Source: Candidatus Iainarchaeum sp. (GTDB taxonomy: Archaea; Iainarchaeota; Iainarchaeia; Iainarchaeales; UBA10191). Taken from it: a stretch of DNA of 32,114 bases. Where the stretch lies: assembly GCA_030649735.1 (NCBI GenBank), contig JAUSFL010000007.1:1-32114 (forward strand), in the 5' to 3' direction. Both the position numbers and the translations under genes were made by a program. Within the stretch, counting starts at the first letter, position 1, and each line of letters begins with the position of its first letter. The notes under the pieces are model-generated. The model saw only the letters and a list, made by a program, of their open reading frames with translations, was not told the origin of the DNA and did not search any database. Positions 18,815 to 26,638 of the stretch are shown piece after piece.

Positions 18815-20139
18815 TGCGAAAGAGCAGTAAAAGAAGGGTTATTATTATTGGCGCTGCGGGCAGAGATTTTCACAATTTTAATGTATTTTTCCGCAATAAT
18901 TCGCACTATGAAGTTGTTGCTTTTACTGCCGCACAAATTTCTGGCATCGAAAACCGGGTTTACCCGTCGAAACTTGCTGGCAAGGGTTATCCAAAAGGAA
19001 TACCTATTTTCCCGCAAGCTAGGCTAGCAGAGCTTATTAAGAAATTTTGCGTGAGCGATGTCATTTTTGCATATTCAGACGTTACACATGAGGAAGTAAT
19101 GCATTTGGCTTCAATAGCACTGTCTTGTAAAGCCAGTTTTACGATTCTTGGACCGGGTGATACTGCAATCAAGTCTAATAAGCTAGTTATTGCTGTAACT
19201 GCAACGCGAACTGGTGCCGGAAAAAGCCAAACTACTAGAAGAATTGCTGAAATATTACGCGATGCCGGGAAACGCGTAGTAATAATTAGGCACCCAATGC
19301 CATATGGGATATTGAAGGACGAAATTTGCGAGCGTTTTGCAAAAATTTCAGACCTTGAAAAATTCAAGTGCACTATAGAGGAAAGGGAAGAGTACGAGCC
19401 ATTGATTACTGAAAGATTTGTGGTTTATGCTGGTGTAGATTATGGAAAGATTTTGCACGAAGCTGAAAAAGAGGCAGACATAATCATAAATGATGGCGGA
19501 AATAATGATTTCTATTTTTTGGAGCCAAACTTGAATATTTGCGTAACTGATCCATTTCGTGCAGGCCATGAATTGCTTTACCATCCCGGAGAAACAAACT
19601 TTAGAATGGCTAATGTGATTTTGATAAACAAGGTTAATACTGCTCCGCGAGAGAGTGTTAAAATAATCTTGCAGAATGCCAAAGCAGTAAATCCTAAAGC
19701 TTTGGTTGTTAAAGTTGGTTCGGAAATTTTTGCGGAAAATCCTGGGCGAATCAAGGGCAAGCGAGTGATTGCAATAGAGGACGGGCCTTCAGTCACGCAT
19801 GGAGGACTGCCTTTTGGAGTTGCTTCAATAATTGCCAAAAAGCAAAAAGCAATTCTCGCAAATCCAGAAAAGCACTCTGTCGGAAGCATTAAGGAAACTT
19901 TCAAGAAATTCCCGCACTTGCACAACATATTGCCTGCAATGGGTTACGGCAAAAAACAGCTTGAAGAATTGGAAAAAACAATAAACAACACGCCTGCAGA
20001 CTTTGTGCTTTCAGGAACTCCAATAGACCTGTCAAGAATCCTGAAAGTCAACAAGCCAATAATCCACGTTTCTTACAGTCTGAAAGAAATGCAAAAGCCA
20101 AGCCTTGAACAAATCCTGAAAAAATTCAATATCATCTAG
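18814..20139 (+). CDS. Cyclic 2,3-diphosphoglycerate synthetase-like P-loop protein (COG2403)
   Basis: 'GAAGRDFHNFN', 'RTGAGKSQTT', 'RHPMPYG', 'TIEEREEYEP', 'DGGNND' and 'EDGPSVTHGG'. ATG 18814 overlaps the upstream TGA. Confidence 0.88.
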   Translation: MRKSSKRRVIIIGAAGRDFHNFNVFFRNNSHYEVVAFTAAQISGIENRVYPSKLAGKGYPKGIPIFPQARLAELIKKFCVSDVIFAYSDVTHEEVMHLASIALSCKASFTILGPGDTAIKSNKLVIAVTATRTGAGKSQTTRRIAEILRDAGKRVVIIRHPMPYGILKDEICERFAKISDLEKFKCTIEEREEYEPLITERFVVYAGVDYGKILHEAEKEADIIINDGGNNDFYFLEPNLNICVTDPFRAGHELLYHPGETNFRMANVILINKVNTAPRESVKIILQNAKAVNPKALVVKVGSEIFAENPGRIKGKRVIAIEDGPSVTHGGLPFGVASIIAKKQKAILANPEKHSVGSIKETFKKFPHLHNILPAMGYGKKQLEELEKTINNTPADFVLSGTPIDLSRILKVNKPIIHVSYSLKEMQKPSLEQILKKFNII

Positions 20140-20555
20140 TTTTTTTCCAGTTTTTCACGCAAGTCGCTCGAATGCAGTCCGCCAGCGAATTTTTTCGAAT
20201 GCAGGAATTTTGTCTTAAGGCCGCGGGCTTTCAGGAAAGAGCGGATTTTTCTTTCAAACATTGACTTTTGGTCATAGCCAAAAACCACAATGTCCGGCCT
20301 TGCCTCGAGAATTTTCTGCAGGTTTTCTCCAAAATAAGTTCCTGCAATCACCTTGTATGGAATTCCGGTCTTTTCCAAAGCGCGAACGCGCTTTTTTTGC
20401 GAATTCATTGGATTCTTGCCCTTAAAGTTGAACACTGCATTATCGCTCATTACAAGCACAAAAAGCCTGTCACCTTTGCTTTTTGCGTCCTGCAAAAACT
20501 CCAAATGCCCTTGATGCAAAATGTCAAAAGAGCCCAAGCAAAAGACTTTCTTCAA
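20136..20555 (-). CDS. HxGH cytidylyl/adenylyltransferase (RibL FAD synthase / TagD-like)
   Basis: 'GSFDILHQGH', 'PDIVVFGYDQ' and 'HSSDLR'. Start reassigned to TTG 20555 (AGGCGG RBS) because the longer ORF overlaps the tRNA. Confidence 0.85.
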   Translation of the reverse strand: MKKVFCLGSFDILHQGHLEFLQDAKSKGDRLFVLVMSDNAVFNFKGKNPMNSQKKRVRALEKTGIPYKVIAGTYFGENLQKILEARPDIVVFGYDQKSMFERKIRSFLKARGLKTKFLHSKKFAGGLHSSDLREKLEKN

Positions 20556-20579
20556 AAAACCGCCTTTTTTTTGCAATAT

Positions 20580-20670
20580 CGGGCCTGGAGGGACTCGAAC
20601 CCCCAACCGTTCGGTAACTTTTGACTAAATCATCCGAAGCCGAATGCGCTATCCATTGCGCCACAGGCCC
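20580..20670 (-). tRNA. tRNA-Arg(UCG) with 18-nt intron at position 37/38 (intron 20616..20633); CCA not encoded
   Basis: Minus strand reads GGGCCTG TG GCGC AATGGATA GCGC A TTCGG CT TCG G [ATGATTTAGTCAAAAGTT] A CCGAA CGGTT GGGGG TTCGAGT CCCTC CAGGCCC G. All stems pair, and the intron forms a relaxed bulge-helix-bulge. Confidence 0.95.
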
Positions 20671-21419
20671 TAATAAAAAGAATTTGGGTCGATTTGTTTA
20701 TTTAGTATTTGCTTTCTTTGTTCAAAAGAAAGGTTTGCTGGGCAAAACCCATGCTCTTTCCAAACTGAATATCTTGATAATTTGCACGAATTTTTGAAAC
20801 CGATATTTTGAATCCATTTCTCAAGGTTTCCCGTGCCGCTCAAATATATTCCATAGCAATAATTAAAATTGGGTGATTTAGGTTGATAATTATTTGAATA
20901 ATAATTAAAACCCAAATTAGTTAGCAAAGTACAAATATCCTGAAAAAGCTTTTTTGACACAATTCTTATTGCGATTCGAGGATAGTATTCTCTTGTACTC
21001 TTGAAAATTCCATATTTCCCGTAATTTCTCTTTAGAAAGTGCAAGCAGCCATCAGTATCAAATAGACCCCGTAAAAACATGCATTTTACTTCTTTATTTT
21101 TTGAATTCAATACTTTTTTAGGTGCTGAAACAATTGTGCTTTTTGCACCATAAGGAAATCCAAAATCATGCATTTTTGTAATCGCTTCCTTATTTCTTAT
21201 TACAAACCCATAAGTATTTCTGCCTGGAAAAAATTTAGCATTTATTTTCAAATCAAACGCTTTTTCAAATAACGGCACTACATGGTTGTTATAATATTCT
21301 TGTTCTTCAATACTCCCGCTAATGTCCAGCTCTCTTCTTTTGTCGGGCCCTCGCAGGTAGCCATCACCAGCATGGATTCCGCAAACTTCGGCAAGCTCTG
21401 GCGTCATTTCAGTTTCCAT
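20670..21419 (-). CDS. Free-standing two-motif LAGLIDADG homing endonuclease-family protein
   Basis: 'ELAEVCGIHAGDG' and 'FLRGLFDTDG' motifs, both keeping the acidic residue. No intein splicing motifs. AT-rich. Confidence 0.88.
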   Translation of the reverse strand: METEMTPELAEVCGIHAGDGYLRGPDKRRELDISGSIEEQEYYNNHVVPLFEKAFDLKINAKFFPGRNTYGFVIRNKEAITKMHDFGFPYGAKSTIVSAPKKVLNSKNKEVKCMFLRGLFDTDGCLHFLKRNYGKYGIFKSTREYYPRIAIRIVSKKLFQDICTLLTNLGFNYYSNNYQPKSPNFNYCYGIYLSGTGNLEKWIQNIGFKNSCKLSRYSVWKEHGFCPANLSFEQRKQILNKQIDPNSFY

Positions 21420-21455
21420 CGATTAATTCTGATTTTCGGCTTTTAACTTCCCTTT

Positions 21456-21478
21456 GAAGCCCTAGATTTCCGCTCGTG
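21456..21478 (-). promoter_or_regulatory. Conserved upstream element, copy B (CACGAGCGGAAATCTAGGGCTTC)
   Basis: Intergenic; ends 37 nt before ATG 21419 and is followed by AAAGGGAAG and TATA-like TTAAAA (21446-21441). Confidence 0.7.
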
Positions 21479-21562
21479 ACTTGGTTTTTTAATAATTGCG
21501 TCTGATATTTCTATAAAGACTAATTTTTATTAGTTGTTAAATGGCAAATAAGGTGTTTTTTT

Positions 21563-21718
21563 TTGAAAGTTTGTTCAAGCTGTAATATCAAGATTGGAAA
21601 AGAATTCGTTGAATTCAAATGCCCGAAATGCGGCAAGGAAACAATTGTAAGGTGCAAGAACTGCCGTTCAACCTCAAAGCCTTACACTTGCAAAACTTGC
21701 GGGTTTATTGGGCCTTAA
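21563..21718 (+). CDS. Small Zn-ribbon protein (DUF1610/COG2888 family), missing from the ORF track
   Basis: Manual translation from TTG with AGGTG RBS: MKVCSSCNIKIGKEFVEFKCPKCGKETIVRCKNCRSTSKPYTCKTCGFIGP. It has four CxxC pairs, a GFxGP end and the usual position upstream of aEF1B. Confidence 0.92.
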   Translation: MKVCSSCNIKIGKEFVEFKCPKCGKETIVRCKNCRSTSKPYTCKTCGFIGP

Positions 21719-21745
21719 AATCCTTTTTTTTAAAGGCGGGATATA

Positions 21746-22012
21746 ATGGGAAACATGCTTGCAATTTTCAAGCTTTACGCTGAAGAGAACGAACAGCTTG
21801 ACGGAATACTCCAAGCCTGCAAGGACTTGAAAGTAGACCAAGTGCAGTATAAGGACGGCAGGAAAGACCCGATAGCTTTCGGCATTGAATGCGTCAAGGT
21901 CGGATTCATGCTTCCAGACAAGATTCCTGGAATTTTTGAAAAGCTAGAGGAAGAATTGAAGAAAATTCCGAACACGACAGAAGTCGAACAGGCCGGAATG
22001 ACTCTTTTATAA
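21746..22012 (+). CDS. ef1b: Translation elongation factor aEF-1 beta
   Basis: 88 aa with 'PIAFGI' motif; synteny with the Zn-ribbon gene. Confidence 0.85.
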   Translation: MGNMLAIFKLYAEENEQLDGILQACKDLKVDQVQYKDGRKDPIAFGIECVKVGFMLPDKIPGIFEKLEEELKKIPNTTEVEQAGMTLL

Positions 22013-22056
22013 AAGCCGGATTTTGTTTTAAACAAGTTTGCCCCTAATTTTAGAGA

Positions 22057-24402
22057 ATGATTCAATCCATTACTTTGGAGAACTGGCGCTCGCACAAGCT
22101 TTCGACATTGAATTTTGAAAAAGGAACCAATGTTTTGATTGGAGTAATGGGCTCTGGCAAAACAAGCGTGATGGATGCCTTGTGCTTTGCATTATTCGGC
22201 ACTTTCCCAAACCTGCAGTCTCGCAAGGTCTCGCTTGATGAAATTGTAATGGCAAAGCCCAGCAAAATGCAGCAGGCCCGCGTTCGATTGGAGTTTGCGC
22301 ATTCTGAAAAGCAATTTGCGGTTGAAAGGACTATTTTTGCTGACGGAAAAGCCAATCAGGCAAAGCTTTTCGAGGCAGGAAAATTGATTGCAGGCCCAAA
22401 GCCCACTGAAGTCTCTAAAGAAATTGAAAGAATCCTTGAAATAGACTTTGAGCTTTTTTCACGGGCGATTTATTCAGAGCAAAACCAGATTGACTCTTTC
22501 CTTCGCCTGGCGCCTTCTGAAAGAAAGCGAAAGTTTGACGAGCTCTTGGAGCTTGACAAGTACGAGACAGTAAGGCAGAATGCAGTGCAAGTGCAAAACT
22601 CCTTGAAAAAATCAGCAAGCGAGGGAAAAGTACTGCTGGAAAGCTTCAAAAAACGCCTGCAGGAATCCAAGACTGAAGAATTGCTTGAAAAAATCGCGTT
22701 AAAGGAAAAGCAGCTTTCCAAATTGGAGAATGAGTTTCTGGAAAAGCGCAAAATCCTGCAAGAGCTGGAAAGAGAGCTTGCAGTGCTTTCTGGAAAAAAG
22801 AAAGAATTCGAGCTCTTGAATCATGAATTCTTAAGGAATTCCGGAAAGGCAGAGCAGCTAAAGGCAGGCATTCAATCCTTGACTGCAGAATTGGATGGTT
22901 TTGAGCTGGATTTTGAGAAAATCTCTTCGCGCAAAAAAACCATTGAGCAAAAAATCAAGGAATTGCGGGAAAGCGAAAAGGCAATAATGCAATTGGGCTC
23001 TGAAATTTCCTCACTGAATGCCAGCAAGCGCTTTTTGGAGGATGAAGTGAAAGCCAAGGAAGCAGTGGAGCCAAGAAGCAATCAGCAACTGCTTGAAGAA
23101 GTTGAGAAAAACAAGTCAGTCGCAAAAGAGCTTGAATTCCACAGGCAGGAAATTGAAGAGCAGTTTTCCGCAGTCAAAGTGCAGCACGGCCAATTGGAAA
23201 GCCAAATTCTCGAGCAAAAAAGCTTTGTTCAAGAGCTCGAGCAATTGGGAAAAGACTCTGACTGCCCAACCTGCAGGCAAAAATTGACTTTCGAGCACAA
23301 GCAGCAGTTGAAGGAAGAATCATTGCAGAAAATTTCCGGGCTTGAAAAGGCCCTTTCAACAAACGCGTCCAATCTTTTGAATTTGGAGGCGAAGAAAAAG
23401 CAATTGCAAACCGAGTTTGATGCCGCAAGCTCTGCAAAAAACAGCCTTGAAAAATCCCTGGATATTTTGAAGGAAATTTCGCTGGTTTTTGAAAAAATCC
23501 AGAAAATGGGCCTGGAAATTTCAGGAAAGCAAAACTCTTTGGATGCAAAAAAATCCGGGTTTTCTGAAACAGAGCAAAAGCTCGTTGAAGAAGAATTGAA
23601 AAAGCTCGAGAAGGCATTTGATGCTGCGCTGAAGCAAAAAGAGCTCGCGCAAATTCAGGCAATTCTTGAAGAATTGCAAAAAAACCTCGGCAGGCTTGCT
23701 TTCAATCCGGAAGTTTTCCAAAACGCAAGCCTTTCAATGGTTTCAGAAAGGGAAGTTTTCAATTCCCTGCAGTCTGAAATCAATTCTGCAAAAGAATTGA
23801 TTGCCAGCTTTAGCGAACAGTTGAAAACATTGAAGGAATTGCAGGCGCAGATTGAAAGCTTGGAGGCTGAAATTTCCAACAGTGGTTTCTTTGCGGAAAA
23901 GCTCGGAATTTTCACTAATTCCTTGGAAAGCGCGCAGTCTGAAATGAGGAATTACTTGATTGAGGCAGTCAATGCGGCAATGGCTGATGTTTGGCCGCGC
24001 GTTTACCCTTACAAGGATTTCTTGAGCGCCAAGATTGACGTTAGCTCTGGAAGCTACGAGCTTGTAGTGCAAGAGCGCTCTGGCAAGTGGCAGAGGGTTG
24101 AAGGAATTCTTTCAGGCGGAGAAAGAATGGCCGCTGCAATAACAATCCGCGTTGCCTTTTCATTAGTGCTTGCAAGGCAGTTAAGCTGGCTTATTTTGGA
24201 CGAGCCAACGCACAACCTGGACTCTAATGCAGTGAAAGTGCTTTCTGAAATGCTGAAAGACCATTTGCCTCAATTAGTGGAGCAAGTGTTTGTCATCACT
24301 CACGACAGGACTTTAGAAAGCGCTGCGTCAAGCAATGTCTTTGAAATGATGCGCAACAAGAACGATGACGGAATAACTGAAGTAGTTCAAAGAAGCATTT
24401 GA
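22057..24402 (+). CDS. rad50: Rad50/SbcC-type SMC-like ATPase
   Basis: 'LENWRSH', Walker A GVMGSGKTS, Q-loop, coiled coil with central CPTC zinc hook, LSGGE, LDEPT and ITHD. Confidence 0.88.
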   Translation: MIQSITLENWRSHKLSTLNFEKGTNVLIGVMGSGKTSVMDALCFALFGTFPNLQSRKVSLDEIVMAKPSKMQQARVRLEFAHSEKQFAVERTIFADGKANQAKLFEAGKLIAGPKPTEVSKEIERILEIDFELFSRAIYSEQNQIDSFLRLAPSERKRKFDELLELDKYETVRQNAVQVQNSLKKSASEGKVLLESFKKRLQESKTEELLEKIALKEKQLSKLENEFLEKRKILQELERELAVLSGKKKEFELLNHEFLRNSGKAEQLKAGIQSLTAELDGFELDFEKISSRKKTIEQKIKELRESEKAIMQLGSEISSLNASKRFLEDEVKAKEAVEPRSNQQLLEEVEKNKSVAKELEFHRQEIEEQFSAVKVQHGQLESQILEQKSFVQELEQLGKDSDCPTCRQKLTFEHKQQLKEESLQKISGLEKALSTNASNLLNLEAKKKQLQTEFDAASSAKNSLEKSLDILKEISLVFEKIQKMGLEISGKQNSLDAKKSGFSETEQKLVEEELKKLEKAFDAALKQKELAQIQAILEELQKNLGRLAFNPEVFQNASLSMVSEREVFNSLQSEINSAKELIASFSEQLKTLKELQAQIESLEAEISNSGFFAEKLGIFTNSLESAQSEMRNYLIEAVNAAMADVWPRVYPYKDFLSAKIDVSSGSYELVVQERSGKWQRVEGILSGGERMAAAITIRVAFSLVLARQLSWLILDEPTHNLDSNAVKVLSEMLKDHLPQLVEQVFVITHDRTLESAASSNVFEMMRNKNDDGITEVVQRSI

Positions 24403-24429
24403 ATTTAAAAAAGTTAAAAATTAGGGGAT

Positions 24430-24678
24430 TTAAGCGGCAATTCTTGGGGCTTGCTGTCTTTCGCTGAATGCTTTGTCTTTTCTTTCTTTTTTTGCTTTCT
24501 TAATCATTTCCCTAGTTATGTAGCCGGCAACTAGGTTTCTTATTGTTTTTGAAAATGGAAGCTCTAAAGAATCCAAAGCGCGCTTGTTTTTGTCAAAATC
24601 CTGGCTGAACAATTCAGACTTGTCCTTGGCAAGCATTCTTGCACGGCTTTTAACGTTTTTTGGAACTGCCTTTCCCAT
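24430..24678 (-). CDS. rps17e: 30S ribosomal protein S17e
   Basis: 'FSQDFDKNK' and 'SKTIRNLVAGYITR'. Confidence 0.93.
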   Translation of the reverse strand: MGKAVPKNVKSRARMLAKDKSELFSQDFDKNKRALDSLELPFSKTIRNLVAGYITREMIKKAKKERKDKAFSERQQAPRIAA

Positions 24679-24679
24679 T

Positions 24680-24883
24680 CTAGAACGCCTCTATTTTTTT
24701 CACTGAACCGTCAGGGTATTCTCGAAGAACAGCTAGCGGCAGAACGCTTTGCCTGAATTCTTCCTTTGCAAGCTCAAAAATCGAGATTTCTTTTGCAGGC
24801 TTGACCAATGGCGGAGCCCCTAAAGAGAGCTGTAAAGCCCTTGCTGAAATAAGCCTGGTTTCTTCAAAACGTGTCAATTTCAA
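24680..24883 (-). CDS. rpoK: DNA-directed RNA polymerase subunit K (Rpo6)
   Basis: 'LTRFEETRLISARALQLSLGAP' and 'LPLAVLR..PDG'. Confidence 0.95.
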   Translation of the reverse strand: MKLTRFEETRLISARALQLSLGAPPLVKPAKEISIFELAKEEFRQSVLPLAVLREYPDGSVKKIEAF

Positions 24884-24975
24884 GGTGGTTTCACTATTGG
24901 CAATAATTAGTATAGTCTTTTATCGGGCAAAAGCCTTAAAAAACCTGCCCACCCGGCATTTGCCTTGCTTGAATT

Positions 24976-26520
24976 TCAGTCAATTACGAGTTCCTTGAAG
25001 TTTTTGCGGATTGTCGGAATTGAAGTCTTGCTTTTTCTCGCGAATTCCTTGATTAAATAACTTGGCCTTTCGGCCTTTACAAGCATTTCATGACTGCTGG
25101 ACTGGAGGATTTTTTCCCCGTTTGCCTTTGCCAATTGCTTGAATTCTGCAATTTTGGCTGACTGCAGCGCATTCAAAGAGCTTGCAAGGCTTTGCTGGTA
25201 AAATTTGGAATTGCTGCTGTTCAATTCTTTTAAAACCTGCCTTAAAATTTCTTCAAGCATTTTTTTAGAGTAATAATCAAGCAAGTATTCCGGGGTTTCG
25301 CTGAGCTGGGAAGCGCAAAGCACTTTATGAGTGCTTAACGCGCTTTGCTCCCAAGCAATCAGCTTGTCTTCAAATTGGGTGATTTCTAGAATTAGTGCCT
25401 TGATTTCTTTAGAAATGAAGCTTTGCCTTTTAGTGCAAAACCATTCAATTTTGGAATTTTTGGAAATTATTGCCTTTCCAGAATTTTGCAATGCAAAAGC
25501 GTCAGCAAGCGGAACTTCAGATTTCTCCCCATTGTTGAAAGGCCCTGTCGGTATTGTTTTCAAGAACCATTCGTTCATTCTTTTAATCCTGGCTTGCTTG
25601 TTCTCGTGGGAATTGTGGAATTCCAACGCAAAATCAAGGATTGACGATTCAAAATAAAGGCCGTTTTGCAGGAATGAAACTTCGGCTTTAGAGCTTGGCA
25701 AAACATTGGCTGCATTAATGCTTTCAGGCCTGCAGCAATTGCAATTTATTGTTTCAAAGCCGATGTTAAAGTCTCCATTGGAAAGCAGGCTTGCCCATAC
25801 TGGAGTGAAGTCGATTTCTGCAACATTCTCAAAAAATCCGTGCGCACTTTTTTCCAAAGCACTCGGGTTTTTTGCCCGCAATTTTTCAATAATGAATGAA
25901 TTCTTGAACAGCGAGTTTTCAAGGAATTTTTCGCTTGCTTCCTTAATGCTTTCCGGCGCGTATTGCGATGGAATTTTCAAAAACTTTGACAATGCAATGT
26001 TTTTCAAGAAAGATTCAGCCGCTTTTTTGTCATGCTTTAGCAACTGCCTTGCTGTTGCGCGAATGCTTTCGCTGCAGCCTTCAATCATTGCTTCAGGAAA
26101 CAATAGGATTTCCTGCATTTCCATGCCAAATTTTCCATTCTTGAATGCCTGAAAGTAATTCCATTCTTTCTCAAGCAAGAACTGCCTTTCAGGCTCTATC
26201 AATTGCAGGCTTTTTTTCAGGCTTTGCTGCAAAAGATTCGAGATTTTCTTCAAGTCCTTGAAAGTTGAGGCCTCAATTGCAAGGATTTTCTCATTCTTTC
26301 TTGAAATCCTGAATTTTTTCAAATTATACATTGAAATTATTTCTTTTGCAATTCTTTCTTCAATGCCTTCAGCCGCTGGCAGGAGCGCTTTTGGAAAAAA
26401 CTTGAATCTTTCAATTCTTTTTTCCCCACTGTTTTCAAATTCCGCAATGATTTCCCTGCGTTCTTCATTGTAAGAAACGCGCGAAAGGAAAAGCAGCATG
26501 CGGTTTGCGTCAAGGCCCAT
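24976..26520 (-). CDS. Truncated, catalytically degenerate family B DNA polymerase-like protein (PolB2-like)
   Basis: PolB N-terminal-domain-like start ('FKFFP', 'IEPERQFLLEK'), motif A remnant 'FENVAEIDFTPVWASLL...NIGFETINCNCC' and 'WFCTKRQSFI'. No recognisable KxxxNSxYG or YGDTD motif. Confidence 0.7.
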   Translation of the reverse strand: MGLDANRMLLFLSRVSYNEERREIIAEFENSGEKRIERFKFFPKALLPAAEGIEERIAKEIISMYNLKKFRISRKNEKILAIEASTFKDLKKISNLLQQSLKKSLQLIEPERQFLLEKEWNYFQAFKNGKFGMEMQEILLFPEAMIEGCSESIRATARQLLKHDKKAAESFLKNIALSKFLKIPSQYAPESIKEASEKFLENSLFKNSFIIEKLRAKNPSALEKSAHGFFENVAEIDFTPVWASLLSNGDFNIGFETINCNCCRPESINAANVLPSSKAEVSFLQNGLYFESSILDFALEFHNSHENKQARIKRMNEWFLKTIPTGPFNNGEKSEVPLADAFALQNSGKAIISKNSKIEWFCTKRQSFISKEIKALILEITQFEDKLIAWEQSALSTHKVLCASQLSETPEYLLDYYSKKMLEEILRQVLKELNSSNSKFYQQSLASSLNALQSAKIAEFKQLAKANGEKILQSSSHEMLVKAERPSYLIKEFARKSKTSIPTIRKNFKELVID

Positions 26521-26557
26521 GAATTAGAACTTGCTTTCAGGCATTTAAAAAGCCCTT

Positions 26558-26580
26558 GAAGCGCGAGATTTCCGGTCGTG
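26558..26580 (-). promoter_or_regulatory. Conserved upstream element, copy C (CACGACCGGAAATCTCGCGCTTC)
   Basis: Intergenic; ends 38 nt before ATG 26520 and is followed by AAGGGC and TATA-like TTTTTAAAT (26551-26543). Confidence 0.7.
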
Positions 26581-26638
26581 CCTTCCCAGGCAGTGAAAGC
26601 CTGCAAGGTTTTAAACCTTCAAAAGCGTATAATATTTC

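Noticed and set aside
20556-20606. N-terminal extension MGVRVPPGP... of the nucleotidyltransferase ORF
   Set aside because: It overlaps the tRNA T-arm and acceptor stem; the real start is most likely TTG 20555.
17697-21478. Element copies A and B as terminal inverted repeats of a 3.8-kb transposon-like unit
   Set aside because: No transposase and no target-site duplication are visible, and the interior holds a tRNA and housekeeping-type genes. A third copy at the same promoter spacing before an unrelated gene fits a regulatory site better.
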